NCBI RefSeq assembly: GCF_013365455.1
Contig: NZ_CP046578.1
Span: forward strand, 240,001 to 272,000
Length of the DNA: 32,000 nucleotides
Origin: Wolbachia endosymbiont of Dirofilaria (Dirofilaria) immitis
GTDB taxonomy: Bacteria > Pseudomonadota > Alphaproteobacteria > Rickettsiales > Anaplasmataceae
Direction: 5' to 3'
A model generated the notes under the pieces. That model saw nothing but the letters and a program-made list of their open reading frames with translations. It did not search any database and was not told the DNA's origin. This document shows, in pieces, positions 9,013-17,683 of the stretch (within the stretch, counting starts at the first letter, position 1; each line of letters opens with the position of its first letter). Made by a program: the position numbers and the translations under genes.

Positions 9013-9935
9013 CTGTGAACTTAGGTTCAATCATTAAGAATTGGCATGAGTGGCTGAAATGCAATAGGTCTTATTCACTTAACACCTTGGAATCGTATGT
9101 GAGAGACCTAAAAGATATGATGAATTTTCTTAGCACTCACATTGGAGGAGAAGCTAACATTGGCTCTTTGGAAAGATTGAGTGTGTTTGAGCTTAGAAGT
9201 TGGCTTAGCTTTCGTTATGCAAGAGGTGTGAATGCTAGGTCGAACGCTCGTGCATTGTCAGTAATCAGAAATTTTTTCAGGTACATAAAAAACAATTATG
9301 GAGTAAATAATGAGGACGTATTCTCCTTATCTAGACCAATTCAGAAAAGGACTTTACCAAAAGCATTATCAATATCTGACATAAAAACTTTAATAAAAGG
9401 AACGAGATTGTCTAATCTAGGTGAACCTTGGGTGGTAAAAAGAGAAATTGCGATTATTGTTCTACTGTATGGTGCAGGGTTAAGAATTAGTGAAGCATTG
9501 GATCTTAAGGTTGGTGATATCAATAGTAAAAGTTTAACAATTATAGGTAAAGGGAATAAACAAAGGCAGTTATTTATTCTTCCAGTAATAAAAAAGTGTA
9601 TACAAGAGTATATGGAAGCTTGTCCTTATCTTAGTGTTAATAATGAAACGCAATATCTCTTTATGGGAATAAGAGGAAAAAAATTGAAAAGAACTTATTT
9701 CGCTAATCGTCTGCAAAAAATAAGAAGAATGTTAAGTTTGCCAGAAATCTTGTCCCCACATGCATTTCGCCATAGTTGTGCTACTCATTTGCTTCAAGAG
9801 AGCATTGACATAAGGTTAATACAGCAACTCCTTGGCCATTCAAATCTTGGAACTACTCAAATCTATACTTACCTAAATTATCAGGATATTTTTAATATGT
9901 ATAAAGATACTCGGTGGAGTTTGGAAAAGAAATAA
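9009..9935 (+). CDS. xerC: site-specific tyrosine recombinase XerC
   Basis: GTG start overlapping the lpdA stop (GTGA). Catalytic-domain motifs are GLRISEAL, HAFRHSCATHLL and LGHSNLGTTQIYTYL. The tail YLNYQDIFNMY resembles XerC (HLDFQHLASVY) more than XerD. Confidence 0.8.
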   Translation: MTVNLGSIIKNWHEWLKCNRSYSLNTLESYVRDLKDMMNFLSTHIGGEANIGSLERLSVFELRSWLSFRYARGVNARSNARALSVIRNFFRYIKNNYGVNNEDVFSLSRPIQKRTLPKALSISDIKTLIKGTRLSNLGEPWVVKREIAIIVLLYGAGLRISEALDLKVGDINSKSLTIIGKGNKQRQLFILPVIKKCIQEYMEACPYLSVNNETQYLFMGIRGKKLKRTYFANRLQKIRRMLSLPEILSPHAFRHSCATHLLQESIDIRLIQQLLGHSNLGTTQIYTYLNYQDIFNMYKDTRWSLEKK

Positions 9936-9989
9936 AAGAAACCTTGTAGCTCAAAAACTGTCAGTGGCACTGCTAGGTCTTACGTTTAC

Positions 9990-10755
9990 TCATTTTATAT
10001 AAAAAAGCATTCTATTTTAGAAAAAGAACCAATGCCAATGCTGTTAAGAGAGGTACTTATTTCTAGATAATTATTTTATGTTAAACATACACCAATAGTG
10101 CGTTCTTCACCTATAGCCCTTGCCTGCCAAATGTTTGTTCTATAGCATCTTCTTATGCACTAAGAGTTTAATACGCCTTTACTTATCAAAGCTCAGGTCG
10201 AGCAAGATTTTTCCAATGAACTCCTGCTCAATAAACTTTTTCCTAAATAACACTTTTGCTAGGCTAATCTTTCTATTGGGAAGAGTAGACAATAATTTTT
10301 CCCTTCTTGTTTAAATTCTAATTTTATTTGTGCTTAAATCCTCTTACAGTATAACTTTTAGAGCTTTCATTTTTGCAGTTTCTAATACCAGTTTTAATAT
10401 CTGAGATGTATAAGTAATGTTTTTGCTATCTCTAGCTTTAGTTTGGTAGGCAATACATAAAAGCTGTATCTTCACATATGCTAGCTATTGGCCTGAACAC
10501 TAAAAATATAATGTTGTGAAAGCCGTTAGTGTAACGTAGTGCTCTACAATATGTAACTTATTTACCTTTAGTACTAATATTGGATATCCTTTTCTCCAAT
10601 GTAATAATTCGTCACTTACTACTGATGGTAATAGACGTTAAAAATGATTTCACATCTTCTAGTCAAACATGTTGTATTAGTAGTGCTTGGCCCTGCTCCT
10701 TTCATATGATTCTGTTTCTCTGATTGAAAAAAAGGATATTTTTTATATTAAGCAT
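9990..10755 (-). pseudogene. eroded ABC-transporter ATP-binding protein gene
   Basis: Minus-strand fragments in shifting frames follow the correct ABC order. MLNIKNILFFNQRNRII is the N-terminus. KGAGPSTT is a Walker A relic (compare NGAGKSTL). LSTLPNRKISLAKVL is a relic of the signature LSGGQ.QRISLARAL. GKILLDLSF is a Walker B relic. TIGVCLT-stop-NNYLE is the H-loop region. Several stops and frameshifts break it; boundaries are approximate. Confidence 0.5.
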
Positions 10756-10860
10756 GTTGAGTCCCTCAATAATTTATTACTACTATACAGTAAAAAAAGA
10801 AAATAGTGATAAACTCCTCTTTCTTTTTAATGAAGAACTGCTTCTCACATTTCCTGTTTT

Positions 10861-11820
10861 TTAACTCTTTACGCTTATGCATTCTAGGAATTTTTCTGCA
10901 TCAAGCGCAGCCATACACCCTGTGCCTGCTGCGACTACTGCCTGCCGGTACACCTTGTCTTGGACATCACCTGCAGCAAACACCCCTGCTCTGCTAGTTA
11001 TAGTTGTACCAGGCCTTGTGATTACGTAGCCCTGCTGATCCATTTCAACAAAGCCTTTTAAAATACCTGTATTTGGTGTATGCCCAATTGCAATAAACAC
11101 TCCATCTACTTTCAATTTTTGTATTTTGTTAGTCTCTGTTGATTTTATTATAATACCAGTAACTTTTTTTGGGTTTTCTTCTCCAAGAATTTGTTCTACA
11201 GTATGATTCCACATTACTTTTACCTTATCTTTTTTGAAGAGCCTGTCTTGCATTATCTTTTCTGCTCTTAATTTATTGCGCCTGTGTATTATTATAACTT
11301 CTTTGGCAAATTGGGTTAAAAATATTGCTTCTTCAGCAGAGGTATTCCCGCCACCAATCACAGCTACGACTTTATTTCTAAAGAATGCACCATCACAAGT
11401 TGCACAGGCTGAAACTCCATACCCTTGAAAATCTTTTTCACTCTTGAGACCAAGCCATTTAGCTTGTGCGCCAGATGCAATTATAACTGTACCTGAATAG
11501 TAACTATTAGTGTTACCAAAGGACTTAAATCTATATTCATTAGAGCCTTCAAGTTGTTCAATACTCTTTATTTCATCGTCTACTATTTTCGCACCAACTT
11601 TCTCTGCATGTAATCTTTTTTGCTCCATGAGCTTTGGTCCTTGTATTGAAATAAAGCCAGGATAATTTTCAACACCTGTAGTAATCATAAGCTGACCACC
11701 AGGTTGCATCCCTGTTACTACAATTGGCTCTAGATTTGCACGCGCTGCATATATAGCAGCAGCGTAACCAGCTACTCCAGATCCGATAATAAGAACTTTT
11801 GTATTAAATGGCTTCATCAT
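10861..11820 (-). CDS. trxB: thioredoxin-disulfide reductase
   Basis: IIGSGVAGYAAAIYAARA, redox centre CATCDGAFF, VIGGGNTSAEEA and GVFAAGDV are canonical TrxB motifs. Its ATG overlaps the stop of the upstream peroxiredoxin (ATGA). Confidence 0.9.
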   Translation of the reverse strand: MMKPFNTKVLIIGSGVAGYAAAIYAARANLEPIVVTGMQPGGQLMITTGVENYPGFISIQGPKLMEQKRLHAEKVGAKIVDDEIKSIEQLEGSNEYRFKSFGNTNSYYSGTVIIASGAQAKWLGLKSEKDFQGYGVSACATCDGAFFRNKVVAVIGGGNTSAEEAIFLTQFAKEVIIIHRRNKLRAEKIMQDRLFKKDKVKVMWNHTVEQILGEENPKKVTGIIIKSTETNKIQKLKVDGVFIAIGHTPNTGILKGFVEMDQQGYVITRPGTTITSRAGVFAAGDVQDKVYRQAVVAAGTGCMAALDAEKFLECISVKS

Positions 11821-12416
11821 AATTCTTCACTGTATGAATTTAAGTAGTCAGCTATACCTTCGTTACTTGCTTGTATTGCTGGCTTGCCTTTCTTCCACCC
11901 AGCTGGACATACTTCACCGTACTCTTTGTTATGCTTGACTGCGTCAATGATTCTAATGAATTCATTGATATTGCGTCCTAAAGGTAGATCATTTACAGAT
12001 TGATGACGTATAATAAACTCATCATCAATAATAAAGGTAGCTCTCAGTGCAATTGAGTTATCGTATAATACTCCATAGTCTCTTGATATAGACTTTTTGA
12101 TATCAGAAACCAAAGTATAGCTAACCTCTCCGATACCACCATCATTGACTAAAGTCTCTCGCCATTTACAATGTGAGAATTTTGAATCTACACTTACTCC
12201 TATGACTTCGGCACCACGTTTTGAAAAGTCCTCTATTTTATTACTAAATGATATCAATTCAGTTGGACAAACAAAAGTAAAATCGAGTGGATAGAAAAAA
12301 AGGACAGCGTATTTATCTTTTACATGCTTGCTTAGACAGAAATCATCAACTATTTCCCCATCAGAGAGAACAGCAGGGGCGATAAAATCAACAGCAGATT
12401 TTGTTACAAGATTCAT
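11817..12416 (-). CDS. typical 2-Cys peroxiredoxin (AhpC/Tsa family)
   Basis: Peroxidatic Cys in FFYPLDFTFVCPTE and resolving Cys in GEVCPAGW. I chose the ATG at 12416 (MNLVTKSAV...) over the TTG at 12440 used by the track. Confidence 0.85.
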   Translation of the reverse strand: MNLVTKSAVDFIAPAVLSDGEIVDDFCLSKHVKDKYAVLFFYPLDFTFVCPTELISFSNKIEDFSKRGAEVIGVSVDSKFSHCKWRETLVNDGGIGEVSYTLVSDIKKSISRDYGVLYDNSIALRATFIIDDEFIIRHQSVNDLPLGRNINEFIRIIDAVKHNKEYGEVCPAGWKKGKPAIQASNEGIADYLNSYSEEL

Positions 12417-12531
12417 AACTAACCTCTTTATTTTAAACAACTATAACTTTATAGCATGATGAATTTACATGCAAGTCTTCTTTTCTTAAGGATTTTTCTA
12501 ATTAGTTATTCCTACTGGCCTGAAGTACACT

Positions 12532-13737
12532 TTAAGCTAATAATGGACCATCAGGCATATTACTAATTACATTGATTTGATTTAATATCTTGTTAGTAGG
12601 GTAAAAATAGTTTTTTATGAACTCTTTATATATAGCTGTCAGTTTATATATATCGTCTACTGACGCACATTCATTTACCTGGTGTGTAGTTTTATTAATC
12701 ATACCAAATTCAATCACTGGACACACATTTTTGATAAACGCAGCATCAGACGTACCGCCGCTTGTGCTCATTACAGCATTAATATTGGTGACTTTATTTA
12801 TTGCGTCAAGCATAATATCAGTGTTCCTATCAGGCATGGAAAGGAAAGCTCCCCTACTAATGTGAATAGAGAGTTTATAATCGTTAGTCACGCTAGAGCA
12901 TATTTCATCGATTAATTTAAATAAAGTGTTAGGTGTTTGTATATCGTTATATCGAATATTGAAATTTGCAACTATTACATCGGGTATTATATTATTATTG
13001 TTGTTTCCGACATCAATAGTAGTAACCTCGCAGTTTGAAGGCTGAAAGTGTTTATTACCATTGTCAAAAGTAGTATTTCTTATTCTATTTAATATTGATA
13101 TCATCTTATATATTGGATTATCAGCTAAATCTGGGTAAGCAACATGTCCTTGTTTTCCATAACAAATTAATTTGAATATTGCAGATCCTCTTCTGCCTAT
13201 TTTTATGGTATCGCCTAGTTTTTCACTACTAGTTGGTTCGGCAATTACACAATAGTCTATCTTCTTTTGCTTACTTTCCATCCATTCTAAAACTGCTTTT
13301 GTTCCATATTCTTCCATACTTTCTTCAGCACTGGTAATCAATGTACTTATCGAACCATTAAACTGAAATTTTTCTACAACAAAATTTACCATAGCAGCAA
13401 TAAATGCAGCTACTCCGCTTTTCATATCAGCTGCTCCTCTTCCATACAATATTCCGCCTCTGACTTTTGGATTAAATGGATCAGATATCCAATCTTTTAA
13501 TTGACCTGGTGGTACAACATCAATATGTCCAGCAAAACATAAATTTGGTACTCCATTTATATATTTTGCATAGAGACTTTTAACTTTAGCTTTGTTATTA
13601 CCGAACTCTAAAATCTTACACTTAAAGCCACTTTTCTTGAGAATTGCTGCTATATACTCTATTGCTCCATCGTCTTTTGGTGTTATACTCTTGAAAGAAA
13701 TCAACTTCTTAGTTAGCTCTACAGGGTCAATCTTCAT
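12532..13737 (-). CDS. dapE: succinyl-diaminopimelate desuccinylase
   Basis: M20 peptidase layout: LISFKSITPKDDGA, FAGHIDVVPPG, YGRGAADMKSG, EESMEEYG, and a dimerisation domain. The length (401 aa) is slightly long for DapE. Confidence 0.85.
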   Translation of the reverse strand: MKIDPVELTKKLISFKSITPKDDGAIEYIAAILKKSGFKCKILEFGNNKAKVKSLYAKYINGVPNLCFAGHIDVVPPGQLKDWISDPFNPKVRGGILYGRGAADMKSGVAAFIAAMVNFVVEKFQFNGSISTLITSAEESMEEYGTKAVLEWMESKQKKIDYCVIAEPTSSEKLGDTIKIGRRGSAIFKLICYGKQGHVAYPDLADNPIYKMISILNRIRNTTFDNGNKHFQPSNCEVTTIDVGNNNNNIIPDVIVANFNIRYNDIQTPNTLFKLIDEICSSVTNDYKLSIHISRGAFLSMPDRNTDIMLDAINKVTNINAVMSTSGGTSDAAFIKNVCPVIEFGMINKTTHQVNECASVDDIYKLTAIYKEFIKNYFYPTNKILNQINVISNMPDGPLLA

Positions 13738-13755
13738 GTCAATCTTGAAATACTG

Positions 13756-15204
13756 ATGTTGCTATATTGTAAACATTCTATGCATTATTTAAAACAAATA
13801 TTACACCAAGCTAAACAAACTCTTATAAGGGAGGTAATAGTAGATCGTCATCTTGTTGATAGTATACATGAAATATGTACACAATATGGAAATGACATTT
13901 TTCTGGTTGCAGATGAAAATACAGCAGAATTTTTGAGCAAAAACACATTTAATAAAATTTCTCACTTAATTATTCCTAGTAGTATTATTAGGCCTCTTGC
14001 AAAACCATATGTCATTTTAAATGCTTCTGAAATTTTGTCATCTCAGTATTCTGACATTGGGATCCAGAAAAAAGGAGTATGGATCCCAATGTCAAGCACT
14101 AGAATGATACCAAGCGGAGAAATGATACTAAACAGAGCTGCTTCTCTTGAAACTGTCAACTTAGTTAGAGATAGGGCAAAAGATAGTGATTTAATAGTTG
14201 CACTTGGTAGTGGCACTATTAACGATATCTGTAAGTATGCAAGTTACCTAGAGGGCAAAAACTACATATCCTTTCCAACAGCTGCTTCTATGAATGGATA
14301 TACCTCTGCAAACGCTTCTATCTTAGTAGACGGATATAAAAGGTCTTTCGTAGCACACCTTCCCAAGGCAATATATATTGATACCAATATAATTGCTAAT
14401 GCACCACTTCGCCTGACATTAAGCGGATTTGCAGATTTCATTTGTCGTTCAACAGTGCAAGCTGATTGGCTATTATCTCATCTATTGCTTGGCACAGAAT
14501 ATAATGAATTACCTTTCACACTTGTTCGTGATCTAGAGGAAATTTTACTCAGAGAGTATCTTGCGCTCTCAGAAAGAAGCAAAAAAGTGGTCTTATTACT
14601 TATGGAAGCCTTGCTGATTTCAGGACTTGGGATGGTAATATCGAAAGGCAGCTACTCTGCAAGTCAAGGAGAACATATAATAGCTCATACAATGGAGATG
14701 GTAACAAAAGATTATTTTTCTGCATTACATGGTGAAAAAATTGCTGTTGCGATGATCACTATGGCTAATTTGCAGGAAAAGATATTGTCAATACAAAATC
14801 CCATCGTTAAACCAATAAGCTGCTTCAGTGTTATTCCAATGTCAAACGCTAAAATTCAAAAAGTGAATCAGTGTTATACTGCTTGGATGACAGAGGGCTT
14901 AACAGGGTGCTTTGATGGTACTGAATTTATAAAAATCCTAAAGCAAAAGCAAATTTTGCAGCAGAAGATTAAAGAGATCCTTTATAAGGAATGGAATAAT
15001 ATTTCTAACTTAATTAAGCAAAATTTGTTACCTGCGAAGCGCCTGCAAAAAATGTTTGAAGATTTATCAATTCCACATTTACCAGAACACCTTGGTTGGA
15101 ACAAAGAGCAGTATTGCAAAGTGGTTAGCTTTGCATTTACAGCAAGGGATAGATTCACCTTTCTTGATCTAGCTCACTGTATAGGAGAAAGTAAAGTGTT
15201 GTAG
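13756..15204 (+). CDS. glycerol-1-phosphate dehydrogenase-like / iron-containing alcohol dehydrogenase family protein (DHQS-like superfamily)
   Basis: Motifs LGSGTINDICKYA, FPTAASMNGYTSANAS, AIYIDTNIIANAPLRLTLSGFADF, QADWLLSH, SQGEHIIAH and LHGEKIAV follow the EgsA/AraM/GldA layout. At 482 aa the ORF is longer than typical members and carries two repeat-derived segments. An alternative ATG lies at 13780. Confidence 0.6.
   Translation: MLLYCKHSMHYLKQILHQAKQTLIREVIVDRHLVDSIHEICTQYGNDIFLVADENTAEFLSKNTFNKISHLIIPSSIIRPLAKPYVILNASEILSSQYSDIGIQKKGVWIPMSSTRMIPSGEMILNRAASLETVNLVRDRAKDSDLIVALGSGTINDICKYASYLEGKNYISFPTAASMNGYTSANASILVDGYKRSFVAHLPKAIYIDTNIIANAPLRLTLSGFADFICRSTVQADWLLSHLLLGTEYNELPFTLVRDLEEILLREYLALSERSKKVVLLLMEALLISGLGMVISKGSYSASQGEHIIAHTMEMVTKDYFSALHGEKIAVAMITMANLQEKILSIQNPIVKPISCFSVIPMSNAKIQKVNQCYTAWMTEGLTGCFDGTEFIKILKQKQILQQKIKEILYKEWNNISNLIKQNLLPAKRLQKMFEDLSIPHLPEHLGWNKEQYCKVVSFAFTARDRFTFLDLAHCIGESKVL
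14037..14111. repeat. palindromic repeat element inserted in-frame in a CDS (RPE-like)
   Basis: The perfect 15-bp arms TGACATTGGGATCCA (14053-14067) and TGGATCCCAATGTCA (14081-14095) are separated by a 13-nt loop. The arms extend imperfectly to about 31 nt each. The total is 75 nt, or 25 codons, with the frame preserved. Confidence 0.7.
14825..14893. repeat. second, degenerate copy of the same repeat family inside the same CDS
   Basis: TCCAATGTCAAACGCTAAAATTCAA matches the right arm of element 1 (CCCAATGTCAAGCACTAGAATGATA) at 18 of 25 positions and encodes VIPMSNAKI (versus WIPMSSTRMI). The 10-mer TCAGTGTTAT is repeated at 14825 and 14868, and the stretch ends in TTGGATGACA. Confidence 0.45.
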
Positions 15205-15288
15205 CTAAAGATAATTTAAGAAATTGTTGATGTTTTTATTTCCTAGTAATTGCTCTATATTTGCTTAGGTAAAAGTTGATATAACTCA

Positions 15289-16178
15289 CTATAACGGACT
15301 TTGCTTGTTGTAATTTTTATGCTTTCGGGTAACAGTGCAATACTTGACATCAATAGACTTTTTTGTCGAGTGGGTGAACTTGATATCCTCTATTATGTTA
15401 TTAGTAGGTTTAATAAATTTACTACTATTCTTAAATAGATAATTATTCCTACTACAGCGTATAGTTTTAGAAGAAAATTGGAAGCTTAAAGTGCTTTTCT
15501 TTTTGTTATTAAGCGAAATTGCTAGTGTTAAAATCAGGACATTTTCAATGCTTCAATTACCACAATATCCAGCAATTGACTAGATATAATTTGATTTCTT
15601 TGAGGGAGAAAGAATATTAAAGTTTTAGCTATAGCAAACGGAAAGCTCAGTAATCCTTCTATATGGGTCAAAGTTTTCTTTTGGGTATATATTATATTAA
15701 TTCTTTTGCTGCAGCAACAATGATTAGGTAATTTCTATATATTATACAATATTTGCTGCAATGTTTATTCTCTTGTAAATCCGGAGACAACGATGAAACC
15801 GGCTTTGATCAAATCAAATACCAGCTTACTGGCAGGATCTTCCTTATTTACTGAAGAGTTAAGCTTATTGATTATTATAATCATCTCATGACTTAATGAT
15901 GACATACAGCTAAGTGTAGCTGTACAGAGGAGGTAATCTTATATGCTTCTTTTAAAGTGCTGGATAACCTGAAATGACATACAGGTATGATTTTAGCTTC
16001 GGTTTTCTTTGCACTATTGGTTCTTTTCATGTATCTTGAACACTATATAACTTTTTGTTGAGTTCTTTGTCTACAACTCACACGCTCTCTTAGTCATGGA
16101 AGGCTTAGTTAGCCTAAAGCTTTTAGCTAAACTCAACTATGTCTCTAGTTCCTTATTATTTAATTTACTTGTCTTCAT
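15289..16178 (-). pseudogene. dprA: eroded DNA processing protein A gene (dprA/smf)
   Basis: Minus-strand fragments in DprA order across frameshifts and stops. HEMIIIINKLNSS...ASKLVFDLIKAGFIVVSGFTR corresponds to iaIVGsR...la..L...G..vVSGlArGID. RINIIYTQKK corresponds to GIDiiYP.eN. FLPQRNQIISSQLLDIVVIEALKMS corresponds to FP.RNRIISGLS.gvlVVEA..kSG. LILTLAISL...SRNNYLFKNSSKFIKPTNNIIEDI corresponds to SLITA..Al...S.G.N.LIk.GA.lv....DI. Confidence 0.65.
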
Positions 16179-16307
16179 GAAGAAGTTTTCTTCTAACTAC
16201 TTGGAAGTGACTTAATGTTTGTTAGCATTTAAACTATAATAATAATGAAAAAGTTTGAATTTCTTGTCAATTTAGTGTACCAAAGATGGGTAAATATACA
16301 TTGTTTT

Positions 16308-16682
16308 ATGACACATTTTATTACGGATAAATGTATAAAATGTAAATATACAGATTGTGTAGAGGTGTGTCCTGTTGACTGCTTCTATGAAGGTAAAAAC
16401 ATGCTTGTAATTAATCCAGATGAATGTATTGATTGCGGGGTATGCATACCTGAATGTCCAGTGGATGCAATCGTAACTGATGATTCTATAAAAGATATTT
16501 TAGAATTAAATGAAGAGTTACTGAGTAAAGAACAAAAAAATTTTAAGTTATTTTACGATATAAATGTAGAATATTCGCGGAAATGGCCAAATATTACGGC
16601 TAAAAAACAACCTTTGAATACTGCAGAAGAGTATAAGGAAAGAAAAGACAAAACAGCTTATTTTGATGAGAACCTAGAATAA
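16308..16682 (+). CDS. fdxA: 7Fe ferredoxin (FdxA type)
   Basis: [55 protein letters not shown] is the canonical [3Fe-4S][4Fe-4S] ferredoxin. I placed the start at ATG 16308 rather than the track ATG at 16245. Confidence 0.85.
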   Translation: MTHFITDKCIKCKYTDCVEVCPVDCFYEGKNMLVINPDECIDCGVCIPECPVDAIVTDDSIKDILELNEELLSKEQKNFKLFYDINVEYSRKWPNITAKKQPLNTAEEYKERKDKTAYFDENLE

Positions 16683-17101
16683 TATCATTCATTGAGGAAA
16701 AGAAAAGCTTCTCTTAGTGTCTTATGCTGGTTATTTTGTTTGCATTTAACAGCATGTAATTTAGCTAATTTACTTAGAAATAAGTTAATCTAAATAGTAA
16801 CATAATAGTTTTATTACTGTTTAATTATTAATAGATAATGTATTTAAAATAGCCATATTAGCGCGGGACATGAGTTACAGCAAACCGTGTAAAAACTACT
16901 AAAGGTGCTATAGTGTATTTAATTGACTAAGTTATATTTTTAGTCTATTACTCATTGTTTTATTTATATTATTAGTATTAGGGGAGAGGTGAACCTCCTT
17001 TACTGGTATTTTTAATCATGTCTTTCCTAATGTTGATATAGCTATTGAAAGTTACTTATAAGCAAGTGGTAAGTATATAATAGTAGGGTAGTAAGTAAGA
17101 A

Positions 17102-17680
17102 ATGAGGAAGAAACATCTAATAGATTTGTAAAAGGGAATGGGTTAGAATAAAAGAATATTTCAGAGTTCAGTGGTATAGGAAAAGAAAGTAAGTCATCAA
17201 AATATGGAAAAGAAGAATATTAAATTCAATTCTATACATATTACATACAGAATACTTAATAAAGGTACTTATTACACAATTTTCTGTTATGAAAAGCAGT
17301 GAATGAACAATTCAAAAAGTTGAAGAAGCATGGAATCTGTCTATTTAAATTGCAGAAAAATGGGAGTTAAAGGCTATGATGGGAGTGGAAAAGTAAAGGG
17401 TGAGAAAAAAGACATAATAGACTTTGGATGTACAGAAATCATTACCTAAGTTGCTATCAACTAAAAAGTAAGGATCTAAATGTAGCTCAGTAAATGGGTT
17501 ACTAAAAGGGTTTCTATTTATTGAATCAACAGGATAGAAAGCACCAAAGAAACAAAATTTATTTGTAACATTCACTGATGGTTTTATATGCCTTGCTGTA
17601 AATGTGATTGTGGTAGAAAGGAATTTCCCACAATTTTACTGATTGGTGAATGATATCTAGGAGAATACTTTTAAACATCA
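17102..17680 (+). mobile_element. IS5-family transposase relic (frameshifted, stop-riddled)
   Basis: Plus-strand fragments: KREWVRIKEYF (D.EW..Ik..lP), RRILNSILYILHTEY (R..LNaILYvLrTG), YYTIFCYEK + NEQFKKLKKHGI (tvy.RF.rW.k.G), and KGYDGSGKVKGEKKDII (GYDagKKvKGRKRHi.vD), a characteristic IS5-group block. I identified no terminal inverted repeats. Confidence 0.55.
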
Positions 17681-17683
17681 ATA

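Noticed and set aside
6207-9947. 14-nt inverted match: ACAAGGTTTCTTTT at 6207-6220 versus AAAAGAAACCTTGT at 9934-9947.
   Set aside because: Several chance matches of this length are expected in 32 kb of AT-rich sequence, and the flanks align only patchily.
16981-17000. GGGGAGAGGTGAACCTCC upstream of the IS5 relic, considered as a terminal inverted repeat.
   Set aside because: No reverse-complement partner was found downstream of the transposase relic (17600-17760). Only a direct 9-mer (CCTTTACTG) is shared.
17345-17575. 76-aa minus-strand ORF. Similar cases are 18678-18914 (-) and 19797-19988 (-) in the decayed stretch.
   Set aside because: Each lies antisense to a recognisable plus-strand relic (IS5 transposase, membrane protein, HU/IHF), and none has family motifs.
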